In this document: positions 1 through 12,259 of the stretch, one piece after another | How positions within the stretch are numbered: the stretch's first letter is position 1 | Layout of the letters: every line of letters starts with the position of its first letter | DNA from: Oikopleura dioica | Taxonomy: Eukaryota > Animalia > Chordata | Length of the DNA stretch: 64,000 nucleotides | Direction: 5' to 3' | NCBI GenBank assembly: GCA_907165135.1 | Contig: OU015567.1 | Span: 11,346,001-11,410,000, forward strand | Made by a program: the position numbers and the translations under genes | The notes under the pieces: model-generated | Database searches by the model: none | The model's input: the letters and a program-made list of their open reading frames with translations, nothing else | Told to the model about the DNA's origin: nothing

Positions 1-92
1 GGACATTTCCTTATTACGTTTTAAAAACGAGATTGTTGCTTGAAGAACGGTCGATTTATCCATTTTACGGTTTGATCCTGCAACAAGAGTCA

Positions 93-1400
93 TTAACTCA
101 TTGATGAGAATGTTGAACTGATCTCGACGTTTCTTTTCCGACTGATTTCGAGACTTGCGCTTTTCATCGGGTCAAAATGTTTCACTAACTTTAGATTGAT
201 TTCAAGCAACATATTCAGTGAAAATTTTGGCCTTTCCTTCGTCTTATCTTTTTCATCCTCATTACCATCATCCAGGTCGTCTCCCCAGGCCATATTATCA
301 TCGAAGTCCATGCATGCTTCTGTTTTAATATTCATTTTGTTATTTGCGCTTTCTCTCCGAAAAAATATCCCGGCTGAAATTGATTTGTGTGAACTGTTCA
401 AGTAATTTGCCTCGGGGCTCGATTTCATTCAAGAAGAAAACGGGGATGAGGGAAGGTTCTTGATTTGAACGACTGGCGACAGAGTTTTCCCTTGGGAGAT
501 TGTAGCGCAAGAATAACTCGCTGAGATTGATGAAATAAAAGTTTATTTGAAGATCTTTCCGTAGTTGAGGGTCAATTAAGATTCGAATTATTACTCTCGT
601 TGCCGAAAACGTAAGGTGGGTTGTTAGTCTCCAAGGAAGATCGGCGCATCTCGCAGGAAATGGCGAGGACCATGCACAGAAGAATGTCAGTAAGATAGAT
701 GATTTCGAGGATGCAGGCAGTTCTCTTTCGCTGAGGCTAGCGAACATGGTTATCAATAACTAGTCTTAAATTGGTACCTTAATTTCGTCTGAGTCCTGGT
801 CGTTTTTGATGAATGAGATACCAAACAAAATTGTGATAATACCGTAAACACCAGAAAGGATGCACATGATGCTACAGGAGAAAAGTCCATCAATCCAATT
901 ATAAATTTCAGCGAAAATTCCCAAGCAAGCGGTCGTCATGAAAAACCTGAAAATTTATTTCGAAAGAAAATTAATGAAAAAAAATTCTTACATATTGACA
1001 GCATATCCGAGAATTGGAAGGAAATTTACGGTACCAAAACAACAAAGACGGCCTGAGATGAAAATGCCGACGAAAGATAGAATAAGGAAAAGGACAGAAA
1101 GAGCCAAAATCTAAAATCAAAATTTAGTTTCGTCAAAACTCATTCGTGAAGAATGTCCTGTCTGAAAAGAGTGAAACAAGCACGTGTTTGCCACGCCTTT
1201 TCATCCCTCTTCGTTTGAACTTACCATATACGCCCATGTATCTCTCTCGTCAGGAACAAGGGGTCCGTCAAGGTCAAAAATCCTGGCATCGTTAATATTT
1301 ATTTCTTATTGAGTTGTTTGTACGCTTCAAGAGTCTCTTTTCTTTCCAAAGGGGAATCACAAAGAAGGGCTTTTGTGCTGCTTTTGCTAATCCAAAAAAT
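93..1400 (-). CDS. Multi-exon membrane protein of unknown family (about 3 TM helices, then a cytoplasmic tail); boundaries approximate
   Basis: Hydrophobic exons at about 776-946 ([44 protein letters not shown]) and 993-1110 ([20 protein letters not shown]) flanked by GT/AG sites; acidic tail ORF 93-428. Confidence 0.45.
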
Positions 1401-1876
1401 GCAGAGACTTGCGTACTACCTCTCTGCTAGTGTTGGCACCTGACCCTGAGTTGGAAGGAGATAAATTCTTTCGAAATAGTAAACACCATCAGCTGGTTAT
1501 AAGTTATAACTTATAACTGGTTAATAACTAATAAAGGAATATTAATATCCATTAACGGTTGTGATAAGTTATCAGTGATAATATTTGGCGGGTAAGAAAT
1601 CTTTATATAAATATAGCAAATAAGCTTATGCAAAACATAGTAACTGTGTAAGAGTATCAAATAGTATTATTCGATCCGTGAGTTTTCTAGTAGGAGCCAG
1701 TGTTCCTATCGATCAGATAGGCATGTCAGCGCTTCAAAATCCATGAGTTCCGTCCACTCGCCATAATTCTTTGCGAGTGAAGCGGGCACTGGACGATCGG
1801 TGAAAATGGGCTGTAGTCAAAGGTAGAGCAACTCTCGATAGAAGGAAGCACGTCCGAATTTAGAGAACTTAAAAAT

Positions 1877-3278
1877 ATGGGATTGAAGTTTTGGAAAAAA
1901 TTTAAATCTAGCACCCACGAGAACTTTGCCAATGTCAAGAGCAAGAAGATCGAGCAGGAGCTCGAGAAGGAGCAGCAGACGATGAACAAGACCATCAAGC
2001 TTCTCATGCTCGGAGCTGGAGAATCCGGAAAATCGACGATCATCAAGCAGATGCGAATTATTCACGCGAACGGTTACACTCCGGAAGACTGCGAAAAGTA
2101 CCTTCCAGTTATTCTCTCCAATATGATGTCCTACATGATCACAATTATCAAGGTAGGGCAAGCTGAAATAGACAACTTGCAATCAAAGTTTTCAGGCTAT
2201 GGAAGGACTGAACATCTCTTTCGAAAAATTCAGCAACGGACAAGTAGCCGAGCAGTTCATGTCCCTCGCTGGAATGCTGAGCGAAGGAAGGGGTTTGAAA
2301 ATTGGCATGGAGATTTCGGAATTTTTATTGATTTTGAAATAACCCTCGGAAAGGCACTGTAACAAGAGATATCTGCCATCTTATGGTGAAGCTTTGGAAT
2401 GATGGTGGAGTCGCAGAGTGTTACAGAAGAGCTCGGGAATATCAACTGAACGATTCCGCGAAATAGTGCGTTTTAACTATTGAGATAAAAAAACTTATGC
2501 ACCTTCAAGTTACTTGGATGAAATTGAGCGATTGTGCGATGCAAACTACAAGCCTACCCAACAAGATGTTCTTTACACTCGAGTCAAAACTACAGGAATT
2601 ATAGAGACAGAGTTCAAATGCCGGGAGTTCACATTCAAGTATTTTAAAATCAATATTTCTACTGCTAACAATATCAAGGATGTATGACGTCGGAGGACAA
2701 CGGTCAGAGCGAAAGAAATGGATCCACTGTTTTGAAGGTGTCACTGCCGTGATTTTCTGCGCCGCTCTTTCTGGATATGATACCGTCCTTGCTGAGGATG
2801 AAGAAATGGTAGGACCGTTGTTGATTCCTAGGCTTTGATATTTTTTAGAACCGTATGCACGAGTCCATGGCTCTCTTCGACTCAATCTGCAACAATAAAT
2901 GGTTCGCCAAGACATCCCTCATCCTCTTCCTAAACAAAAAAGATATCTTCAAAAGCAAAATCGTCAAAGTACCACTTACCGTCTGCTTCCCCGACTATGA
3001 CGGTTAGTTTAATTGAAAAGAAGAGGGACTAGAGATTTTTTCAGGCCAAAATACTTACGAGGAGGCATCAGCTTTTATCCAAATGCAATATGAAGACTTG
3101 AACAAGAACAAAGAAGAGAGAGAAATTTATGTCCACAAAACCTGTGCTACTGATACAAACAATATACAAGTAAGTCAAAAAATCTCTTACGCTTTATCAA
3201 AAATTCCTACAGATTGTGTTCGAATCTGTCTCCGACATCGTCGTCCGAAACTATCTGAAAGACTGCGGTATCTTCTAG
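1877..3278 (+). CDS. Heterotrimeric G protein alpha subunit, Gi/o class (multi-exon)
   Basis: G1 box [72 protein letters not shown]; C-terminus YLKDCGIF* with Cys at -4; N-terminal MG. Confidence 0.93.
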
Positions 3279-3558
3279 CAACCGCTAACGACGATTCAAT
3301 GTATAATAACAGCTCCATTGAAACTCAATCAACAACTGCGCGACCTGATTACCTGCAATTTAACAAACGATTTTTCGCATGCGCTGCTTTTGCAGCAATT
3401 TTCAAAAATAAATAAAGCAGATTTTATCTTGCCTTTATTAAATATGCATTTATGAAGAATCGCGTGTTTTATCTGTAAGCAGCAGGAGATGAAGAATAAA
3501 AGACGGAAAGTTGAATAGGAAAATGATGTTTTTGAAAACGTGAGTTGAAAAATCGATT

Positions 3559-6500
3559 TTACCAATCTTCCAGCGCGTTGGAGCTGACCAGTGGCACGTC
3601 TATAGATTCCACCGCTTTGATTCCACAGTAAGGGCATTCATCGGCAACTAGAACTCGCGAAGCTGTTTGGAAAGAGAAAGTAGGTTACCTAAGTCTTCGA
3701 TTTTCTGCCGAGTCGATGGACTTGTCTTGTTTGAGTTTAACTCGCTCAAGAGAGCCTTCAATTCAGCTGCCTTTTTAGGACATTTAGTCCCAGAAAGACA
3801 TTCTTTGACGGCACAGGATGTTCGGAAATTATGGCCGCAGTGAAATACTAAGATAATGCTGACAGGAACTTGGCTGTTATTTTACCTAGGAAAGCTGAGG
3901 AGAGGATCGGGAGAGAACAGGATGTACAAAGATTCTCGGGTGTCAAAATGTAGCATTTTCGGTTGAGATCTTTGATATCTTGACGAATTTGACGAGCGGA
4001 AATTTGAGTTTGTTGAAGTTTGTCTTGATACTCGTCGATTTGTGCAGACACAGAAACGAGAGATGAGCATAACGCTAGAAAATCGTTATCAAATGCTCAA
4101 GTGAAGAAAGATACCTTGTTTGAAATGGTCGATTGTCGCGAATTCGGGAAAGAACTTCAGAACATCGCCCACATTGACCAACCCTTCGGATTCCTTCAAG
4201 ATTTCGCCCGTCGCTGCTGGATCTTTTGAGATTTCAGCTTCTGCGATATGCATCCAGATAGATTTCAGACTAGAGTTTGGCACATCCCCGGCGTTCTTTG
4301 CTCGATGAGCGAGTTTTTTAGCTAGCTTCCCGTTTGAATTTGATAGTGCTAATTTGACGGCGTCTTCCCAGCGGCCGGATTGAGTGATGAGATAGCACAT
4401 TGGGATACAGTTATTCGAAAAAGACTAGAAAGAAAATGATTATTCCAAGGAAAGGAATAAGGAAACAGACCTCGAGGCATTTGAAGGCAAAACTTAGGTC
4501 GCATTGTAGCTTCTCATCGCCTTCCAGCTTCTTCACAATGTAATCTTCTGCCTTCTCAACATCGACCGAGCATAAAAGCGACAAATGGAGATTATGAATC
4601 TCTTTAGACAAGGCTTTCATATCTCTTGACTCGATATATTGAAGAACAGATGCTCTACAAGTGACGGATCGGGTTGAAGAACTGGCCATAACTTCGAGAA
4701 GCTCTTCTGGATTGATAAATTGACAGGTTTCCCACGCAGCGCAGAGCTTTTGGGGAACATGCGGCAGTAAAGATGAGCTTTTTTTAGTTTCTTTGGGTGA
4801 TCAAAGAAAGACCAAAAGTAAACTGGAGTAGAAACTATTCCTGAACTTGTAGAACAATTTCGGATCATTGCATTTTTCAAGCGTTTTCACCGCCACTGGC
4901 CAGTCTTGATTCTGAAGCGAGTTGGAAATAATCGCTTCGTAGTCACCAATCAAACTGGCGATCTCTTGGAAGTCTGAAACTGCACCGTGCTGCCGTAAAA
5001 GCGAATACAAGGTCTCTTTCATTGATAAAATCGTCGGTCGAGTAGCTGGATCGTTTATGAAAGAGAGGAAGTTCTGCCGATGGTGTTTAACTTCCTCAGC
5101 TGCAGGGCCGTAAAGGTCTTCGGTGTCTCTCAGCGACGTCAGATAAAGTTCAAGAAGCCATCCAATGATAAAGCCTTTCTCGCTGATGGACTTGACAAGT
5201 GGCAGTCTGTGCTTGAGAAAGAAGATAAGAGCTTCCTGTCTCATCGAGTTTTCCTGGATCGACAAGCTTCCATTAGGTAAAAATTTAAGCGCGATTTCTG
5301 AAGTCAATTCTTCCGTCTTCGCGTAGATCATCGCCGCTTCTCGATAACTCGCAGCAGTTTTCTTTTGATTGTTTAAAAGATGTTCTGCTTGCGCGACCAT
5401 GATTTCGTTTTGCACGAGTTTGTCGTCTTTGCAAAATTTCTTTGCTTCGTTGAATTCTCCAAGATCGAGATAGATTCTCCAAACCGATCTTCCTTCATTC
5501 TTAACTCTGAAAATATAGGGCGACTCGGAAGAGAACGCCCACGGAGAAACATCGTAGTTCGACATCACGAGGCCACGCAGAGGTTCTTTCTTCTCAAAGT
5601 GATCGACAAAAACTAGTTGGTTGTTCAGCAAGCATGTGGCCGCGATACAGGTAGAATGAAGGGTCACGACGTGGAATCTGGTGAGCGCTAGGCCGTGGAT
5701 AGGGCCGGTTTGCCCGTGGCCTGTGATTATTTTGTTGTTAGTTATCGTTCTGAAAGAGACTTTACTCATTTATGGACGAAAAGTGGTGTCCGACCTGTTT
5801 CTATCTGCCGAAGAATTGACTTCTCCGACAAAAACTTCTTGTCCAGACATGCAAGTCCAAGCAAAAAGCCGCGAATCGTTCTCATTCGGTATCGGAGTCA
5901 CCACCAATTTCGACTCAAACGTCCCATTAGCTGGAAAATTAATGACATTGACGCCTGCCGTGTAGCCGGAGAACACTTGATCGAGAGATTCGACGGCGTC
6001 AGTTCCGATGAAATGGATGAGATTTGAAGTCGTTGCGGCTAAAACGACGCGGCGGGAGTTTGAAGAGAAGGATTTCTTTCCGTTGGCTTCGAAGGTGAAA
6101 CTGGAAATGCCAGTAATGGGCGTTTTTCTTCGTTTTGAAAGTGCACCTTAACGGTGGTCCCCATCGAACCACCCTTGAAAGACCAGTCGCTACTGTCAAT
6201 CGAAAAGCTGAAAATCTCCCCGCCAGAATTACCAGCAATAACCCTCGACGAGCTTATCCAGCTAGCCGCTGTGATTGACATATTCTTCAGTTCTTTGATT
6301 TGTTTCACTCGATTCGAGCTCAGAGTCCAGAGAAGAGAGCAGGGCATGCCATTCTGCAGCACAGAGAATATCGCCGCTTCGCCTTTTGGATCTGGCCAGA
6401 AGTCGAGGATTTTTCCATCTGATCTGACGATGTCGATTTCCTTCGTATCGTTTTCAGCGTGAATATCGATTCTGCGTAAATGGCGAGAACGGGAAATTAT

Positions 6501-6675
6501 AAACGCTTTCTATTTCGTGATTTAGAAAACAGGGTCTTTGGTTAAAATAATGTAATCACTTCATTAGATTAAATTTTAAATCACATTCCTGGTCGGCAAC
6601 AGCAAAATCAGTAATCTCATCCTGACTTCTGAAATCAATCTTTTGCCTTCGAAAAATCGGCCCTTCGACCCCCAT
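3559..6675 (-). CDS. VPS18: Vacuolar protein sorting 18 (Pep3/deep orange), HOPS/CORVET subunit
   Basis: N-term GPIFRRQKIDFRSQDEITDF; LTRFHVVTL...VKNEGRSVWRIYLDLGEFNEAK; VLKFFPEFATIDHFK; C-terminal RING (CTSCSLPIL...ADECPYCGIKAVESID). Confidence 0.9.
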
Positions 6676-7123
6676 CTTCTAAAAACCACGTGTAAATTCC
6701 AGAATGAGTATTTTCACAAGTTCAGTTTTTCTTTCGCTTCTCTTGAAAATTGTAGCCGAAGAATCTCACAAGCGAGCGCTTATTGGTCCGCAGCGGAAAG
6801 CCACCTCAATGTGAAAATTCGGCCTATGTTTGGGAATAACTATTGCCTCTTATGGTCCCTGGCAGGGACTCTCTTGTACCAAGGCTACAAGCTATATAAT
6901 TTTTTTATATAGGCTTTATTCTTACAGGAAAAGATCGTTTTTAAAGGTCAGTTTATTTTCATTTATTTCAATCAAATGGTAAGTTAGTTACAGTAACTAG
7001 TTAGTCTAACAGTCAGACTCTAACTATGAGTCAATCTATAGCATGTAAATTTTTATGTGTCCAGTAAAGAAAGGTCCATCTTCTTGCATTTTGCAGACTA
7101 TCTGCAAAGTATGGAACTGTCGT

Positions 7124-7646
7124 TTACTTCTTTTCTTTTTCTTTCTAAAATTTTGAAGGGTAAAGGAAAAACATCAAAATTTTCGTACCTTCTGTTCCAT
7201 CAAGGAAATTCTGATGGCACATTCAATTGCGTCGTCGTCGAACTGGTTCGGATCGGTCTTCATGCATCCTTGCTCTTCCTTTCTCGTACTAAGAACAGCT
7301 CTCCTTGCCATCTTCGTAACACGACGGGAGCTGGATTTGCGAGCCTTCGATAGGCCATTTGGACGGGGTTCCTAAGATAACGATGAGTATCTCCTGTACT
7401 GTACAAGTATGTGATGATAAAGTACTGCTTGAAGCAAGCAAGAAACTGACATCACCTGCTGAGGAGGATTCTGTTCCAATAAGCTGTTCCTGATAGCAGT
7501 TTCGATATCGATCCGTTTGAATCCGTCGGCATCTGTTCCTCTAAGGATATTTTTCGTCGTTTTTCCGGTTTGTTTATCCCGATGACAGCATCTCTTGCCG
7601 CCCTCGTTACTCGCGAACTGCTGGATTTGCGGGCCTTTGACGGCAT
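7124..7646 (-). CDS. Small (about 120 aa) protein with two tandem units of a basic ARKS motif plus a ubiquitin-interacting motif (UIM)
   Basis: Spliced model MPSKARKSSSSRVTRAARDAVIG/GTDADGFKRIDIETAIRNSLLEQNPPQQ/EPRPNGLSKARKSSSRRVTKMARRAVLSTRKEEQGCMKTDPNQFDDDAIECAIRISLMEQK/KEKEKK*. It needs a 38-nt GA-AG intron (7541-7578) plus two GT-AG introns. Confidence 0.6.
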
Positions 7647-8250
7647 ATGGAATGCAGACGATAATCAATGAAGAATTAAACTCGAGAAAAAGTAATTGAC
7701 TGTTTCGGAAATTTCGAATAAGCCGTTTTTCGAATGCGCTAGTAGCGTCAAAAGATAAGATCGTTTAAAAGATTTTCACTCTGATGCTTCTATAAGAAAC
7801 CAGCTGCTGGTTATAAGCAGTCCTTATCCGAATAGCGCCACCCACAGCGGGTGATTTACGATATCTTCCAGTAAATATGGCCCAAACTAGGATATTTGTG
7901 ACCGCAGCATTACTTATTTGATCGTAATCATTGTAAAAGAGCGATGGTTTTTCTTTTTCAAAGACATCCCGCAAAGCTAGTGGTTCTCATAGGAAACTCA
8001 AGTTAGTAAAGTGCTCACGTTTACACTTTGCTAAATTTGTCATGAAGTCTCAAATTAAAACCGGCAACATTTCGGCCAAGATCAACAAGGACATCCTCGA
8101 AAAAAAGTACCAAGCGCATGGCCGCCTTCGTGTCTTTCTTATTTCAAGCGCCTCAAGTCTCATCAATTTGTGATGATGATTTTCTAATTAAAAAGTTATC
8201 CCCTGTACCACAAAGATTGAAAGCGTACATGGTTTCTTTATGCTTCTTGA

Positions 8251-11200
8251 ATGGCGAGTCGCTCTACGAAAATCGCTTTTTACTTTTCTTTGAGTCAAAT
8301 ATTACTTCATTTTGGCCAAGTTAACAGTGAGAAAACTCTTGAAGTGAGATTGCTGGTGAAAGTATCAGAAGAACTAGACACAAGGTATGATTGAACACTC
8401 CGATTGAACTAAATGCAATATGACTGTAGTGACGGAAAAGCTTTCGTGTCATTTTTCGAAGATGTTTTCGCCATGGCTTCGAATGAAATACGCAGCAGAG
8501 CTTCAAATGTGACGATATCATCTGTTACACTTTCTTTTCCTTCAAAATGGAAGAATATTCTCAAAAGTTATAGTCCGGACAAGGTTCTCAGTACTGGCTA
8601 CAAAACTTATCATTCCTCAATCAGCATCATCCCTGAAACATACAATGCTGGTTCTTTGGAATTCTCAGAGCTTCCAATTTCATGTGGAGTTAAAGGTTCA
8701 GCGATCGAATTGCCTGGCAAAAATTTGCCTAAGAACGAGAATGATTATGTCTGGGAGTTGACGAGAAGTCTGGCTCGACACTTATGGGGAGTCTATCCAG
8801 AAAAAGACAGGAACTTAAAATGGGATGAGAGAATTCTTACTCAATTCAATCAAACGACCCTTTCAAATCAAACAAACTACTGTGGAGGTCAATCAATTGT
8901 TGAGACGATTTTGTCCCAAGTTTCGTCTGATTCTAGTACGTCTCGAAGGCGGAGTGGTGCCCTGGAAGAAGTGCCGAAAACCGACATAAACTTTATAATT
9001 GAAGATGAAGCCTTATCGACCGTCAATTTCATCATTGAGGGAAGATTTAAATCAACTAGAAATTGAATAATTTAAAAGTACTCAATTTTGTGAATAGGGA
9101 TGATTAAATCTTGAATGAGACCACGATTATGGATGATTTGGCGCCATACCTAAAATCTCTTCTTTTTACAATGCGAGGTATAAGGTTGAATTTCATCGAA
9201 ATTACGGAAGGTAATCGACTGAGCACGATCGACTTTGAAGGCTGTTCAACAAATTTTCTTTCTCAGCTACCGAAAAAATCAAAGGCCAGTAAAAAAAGAA
9301 CTCCAGATCTTGTAAAAATGCTTGAATACATCGACGGAAAATGTGGGGATTTCGTGATATTTGAAGTTGGAGGATTCATTGGAGTGGATTCAAATGTATT
9401 GAAAAAAGTGATGAACATGGGCTGTAAAGTTAGTTGGGTGTCGACCCCAGAAAAAAGAGAGATATCGTCTTACGGTGGAGAGATGAGAACGACGAAACTT
9501 CGAAGAATTGTGGAAGCTACAGGAGGAAAGAGCTTTCAGTTCGGTGTCCACGGAACTCAAGCTGGAAGTAAGCAGCAACGAAGAATGATTCCAAATTTTA
9601 GTTTTGTTACGCCCATTCTCGGAAACGTTATAAAAGGAGAAGACCATGTCAAGCTACTGGATTTTATTGATTTTGATCCTGAACGCGATGGTAGTCGACA
9701 AACTCTGCGTTTCATCGCTGAGAAGAAAGATATCATTCAAATTCAAATGCGCCTCATTTCTGATATCGAGGACGAAGTTTTGCTTGAAGATTATTGTTTG
9801 AAATATCTATCCGTAAATGTGACCGACGATGAATTTCTGAAACTTCACTCTGACCCCGAATTTCTCATCTACACTTACAAACCAAAAGAAAGAAAGGATT
9901 TCAATTCTTACGATTCGGAGATCAATTTTGACGTCTGTTTCTACAAAATAGAGGGATTTATGGGACCGAATTTCCAAGTTCAAATCGCTGTTTATGCCCT
10001 TCACGACGAGTCAGTCTCCCTGTTGAAACCGAAAGCGCGCGTTTTGTATCATGTAGAAGAAAACAAGGCTCCAATCTTTGCTGCGAAACCTGAGAGCTTC
10101 CCCGAAGCTGTTCCAATATCTTTCATTATTACATCGCTCAACAATCCGAACTACCGCACCTGCGATACTATGAACAATTTGGCAACGTATCAAGACTTAT
10201 TCTTAGATGATTGGTACACTGGTCTAACAACAGGTTTGAGTTGCTCGACCTTTGATAGCGAAGGGTATTGTACTGGATATTTCATGGTGGAAATCTATTT
10301 CAACAGGAGGGGCTCCTATAAACATATCTAAAACAAGTTGTATCACAAACACAGATATTAGAGCCCCTATATTCAGAGGAATCAATACGTTCGACTGTCG
10401 GATATTCTTGAATGAGTCACCTTACCAACCATTCATGAAGGTGGATATTGGGATGCTTGTGAGAACAGAAGGGGATTGTTACGGTGGTGGAAAACTTCTG
10501 AATGCAAACAAAGAAGAACTTTGCTTCCAGAAGGCTGAAAATTTTATATCGGAAACAGAATCATGCGTGCTTCCGACTATTCATGAAGCTCACTTGTTTA
10601 CTAGTGAAGCTAAATTGCTGGAACATAACTTTGTGGAAGATTACAAAAGTAAAGGTTTTCATGTTTATTCGTTAGTATTCTAATCTTAGACATTTCTACA
10701 CTAAAACGGACTATCGAGCTGCAGAAAAGGGGATACAATGTAGAATATATGATCCGATAGAGCCTCTAAAAGGTTCAAAAGTTATCAATTGCAGTATGCT
10801 GGAAGATGCAGATAAAAGCGAAGACTTTATCTCTTGGTGCGTAAAAGGGGTCGAAGATACTTTTCCTCCGACAGTGCCACTCAACTTTATTATTCAAACT
10901 GAAGGAAATACTCAGGTAGTCAAAATATTACTGAATTTTATCGGAATTAATAGATGATGTCTTGGACGGCTTCTGTGGACAATTCGGATGGAGTAGAAAT
11001 CTATGAAGTTCATCATGTTGACCCTAGATCAACAGAAGAAGGAACTGAACTCATCTATCGAGGTGATTTTGATGGCGAAACGACTCGATTATCGATCGGA
11101 TCTGACGGAAGGATTGCAATAGAGGACTTCCAATGGTACATCAAGAACTCGAACAGATTTATATAACTTTCAGTCCTCCTTATTTCTCTGGCACTCTGGA

Positions 11201-12076
11201 AATAATATACGAGGAGCAAGTGAAGAACAATGCTTCAAGATTAAACAAGCAGATTGATGAAATTGTGGCAGAGTTTTCTCTCGCAAAAAGAGATTTTTAC
11301 AAACTCGAGCCTGATAAATTTTCCATACTCAACGATCAAGCGAAGACCAAGTCGATGAAGCTCTCTGGGGCCGATGTTAAACTAATGATATATTTCGGCA
11401 ATGGAACAGCTCTTTCGAGAACTGATGAAACCATCGAAGTAGTTATCCCTTTTGGGGAGATCTGCCTCTAGGAATGGAATCTTTCCTGTTAATTTTTTGG
11501 TTGAAGGTTTAAAGTTTCCAAATAAAGAAAATATAAAGGAGGCCATTTGCGAAATCGAATCTGGCAACGATCTCTGGCTAGCTGCGAAATCAATCGACAG
11601 GAATTCAAATGAGTCTCCATTCTCCTCCGCAGCTGTTTTCAAATATCGAAGATTTCATGTCAAGAGTAACGAGTCGATAGAACTCTCTGATGATGTCGAG
11701 ACGCTGAAGATTGTTCTGGAGCAAAAGCCGAAGGGAATAGAAAATAGTGGGAACTTTTTCAAGGTACTTCTTATCAATAGAATTGATATTATATCTTCAA
11801 CAGGGAATATCGAAAAATACTTGGATAGCGATCGGCTCTGTCTTTGCTTCAACAGCAATTGTACTGTTCGCAATCATCAAGTGCTGCAAACATGCATGCA
11901 AGAGAAGAAAAGAGAGGAAAAAGATTCGCGAAGAACAACAAAACGGGCGCATAACTGGACCATCATCGGGTGTACCGAGTACGAAATCGCCACCTACCGT
12001 TATTCGGAAGAAAAAGAAAACGAAGAAAAAGAAAGTTTTCAAAAAGAAAGACGGAAGAGTCAGTTCTGATGAGTAA
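8251..12076 (+). CDS. CLCA-like type I membrane protein (degenerate N-terminal metalloprotease domain, VWA-like and beta-sheet domains, C-terminal TM)
   Basis: Signal-like N-terminus; CLCA-like motifs VTLSFPSKW, CGVKGSAIEL, ARHLWGVYPE, SNQTNYCGGQSIVETI, LFLDDWYTG...EGYCTGYF; TM TWIAIGSVFASTAIVLFAII followed by a Cys/basic tail. Confidence 0.7.
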
Positions 12077-12259
12077 AAATACTTGTGAATAAATTGCAAA
12101 TAGCATTTATAAATACTTGCAATATTAGAAAGGATCGATTATTATTTTGAATTTGTATTGCAGTGGACACTGGACAGAAATATTGGGCAGAAGTGGATAA
12201 GGGAAAAAGTAAGGAAACAGAGACAGAAAAGGGAAGGAAGAACAATAGGAAAAGGAGGC

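Noticed and set aside
1493-1530. Palindromic TTATAAGTTATAACTTATAA between divergent genes
   Set aside because: Short AT-rich symmetry without TIR, TSD or a second copy; no function can be supported.
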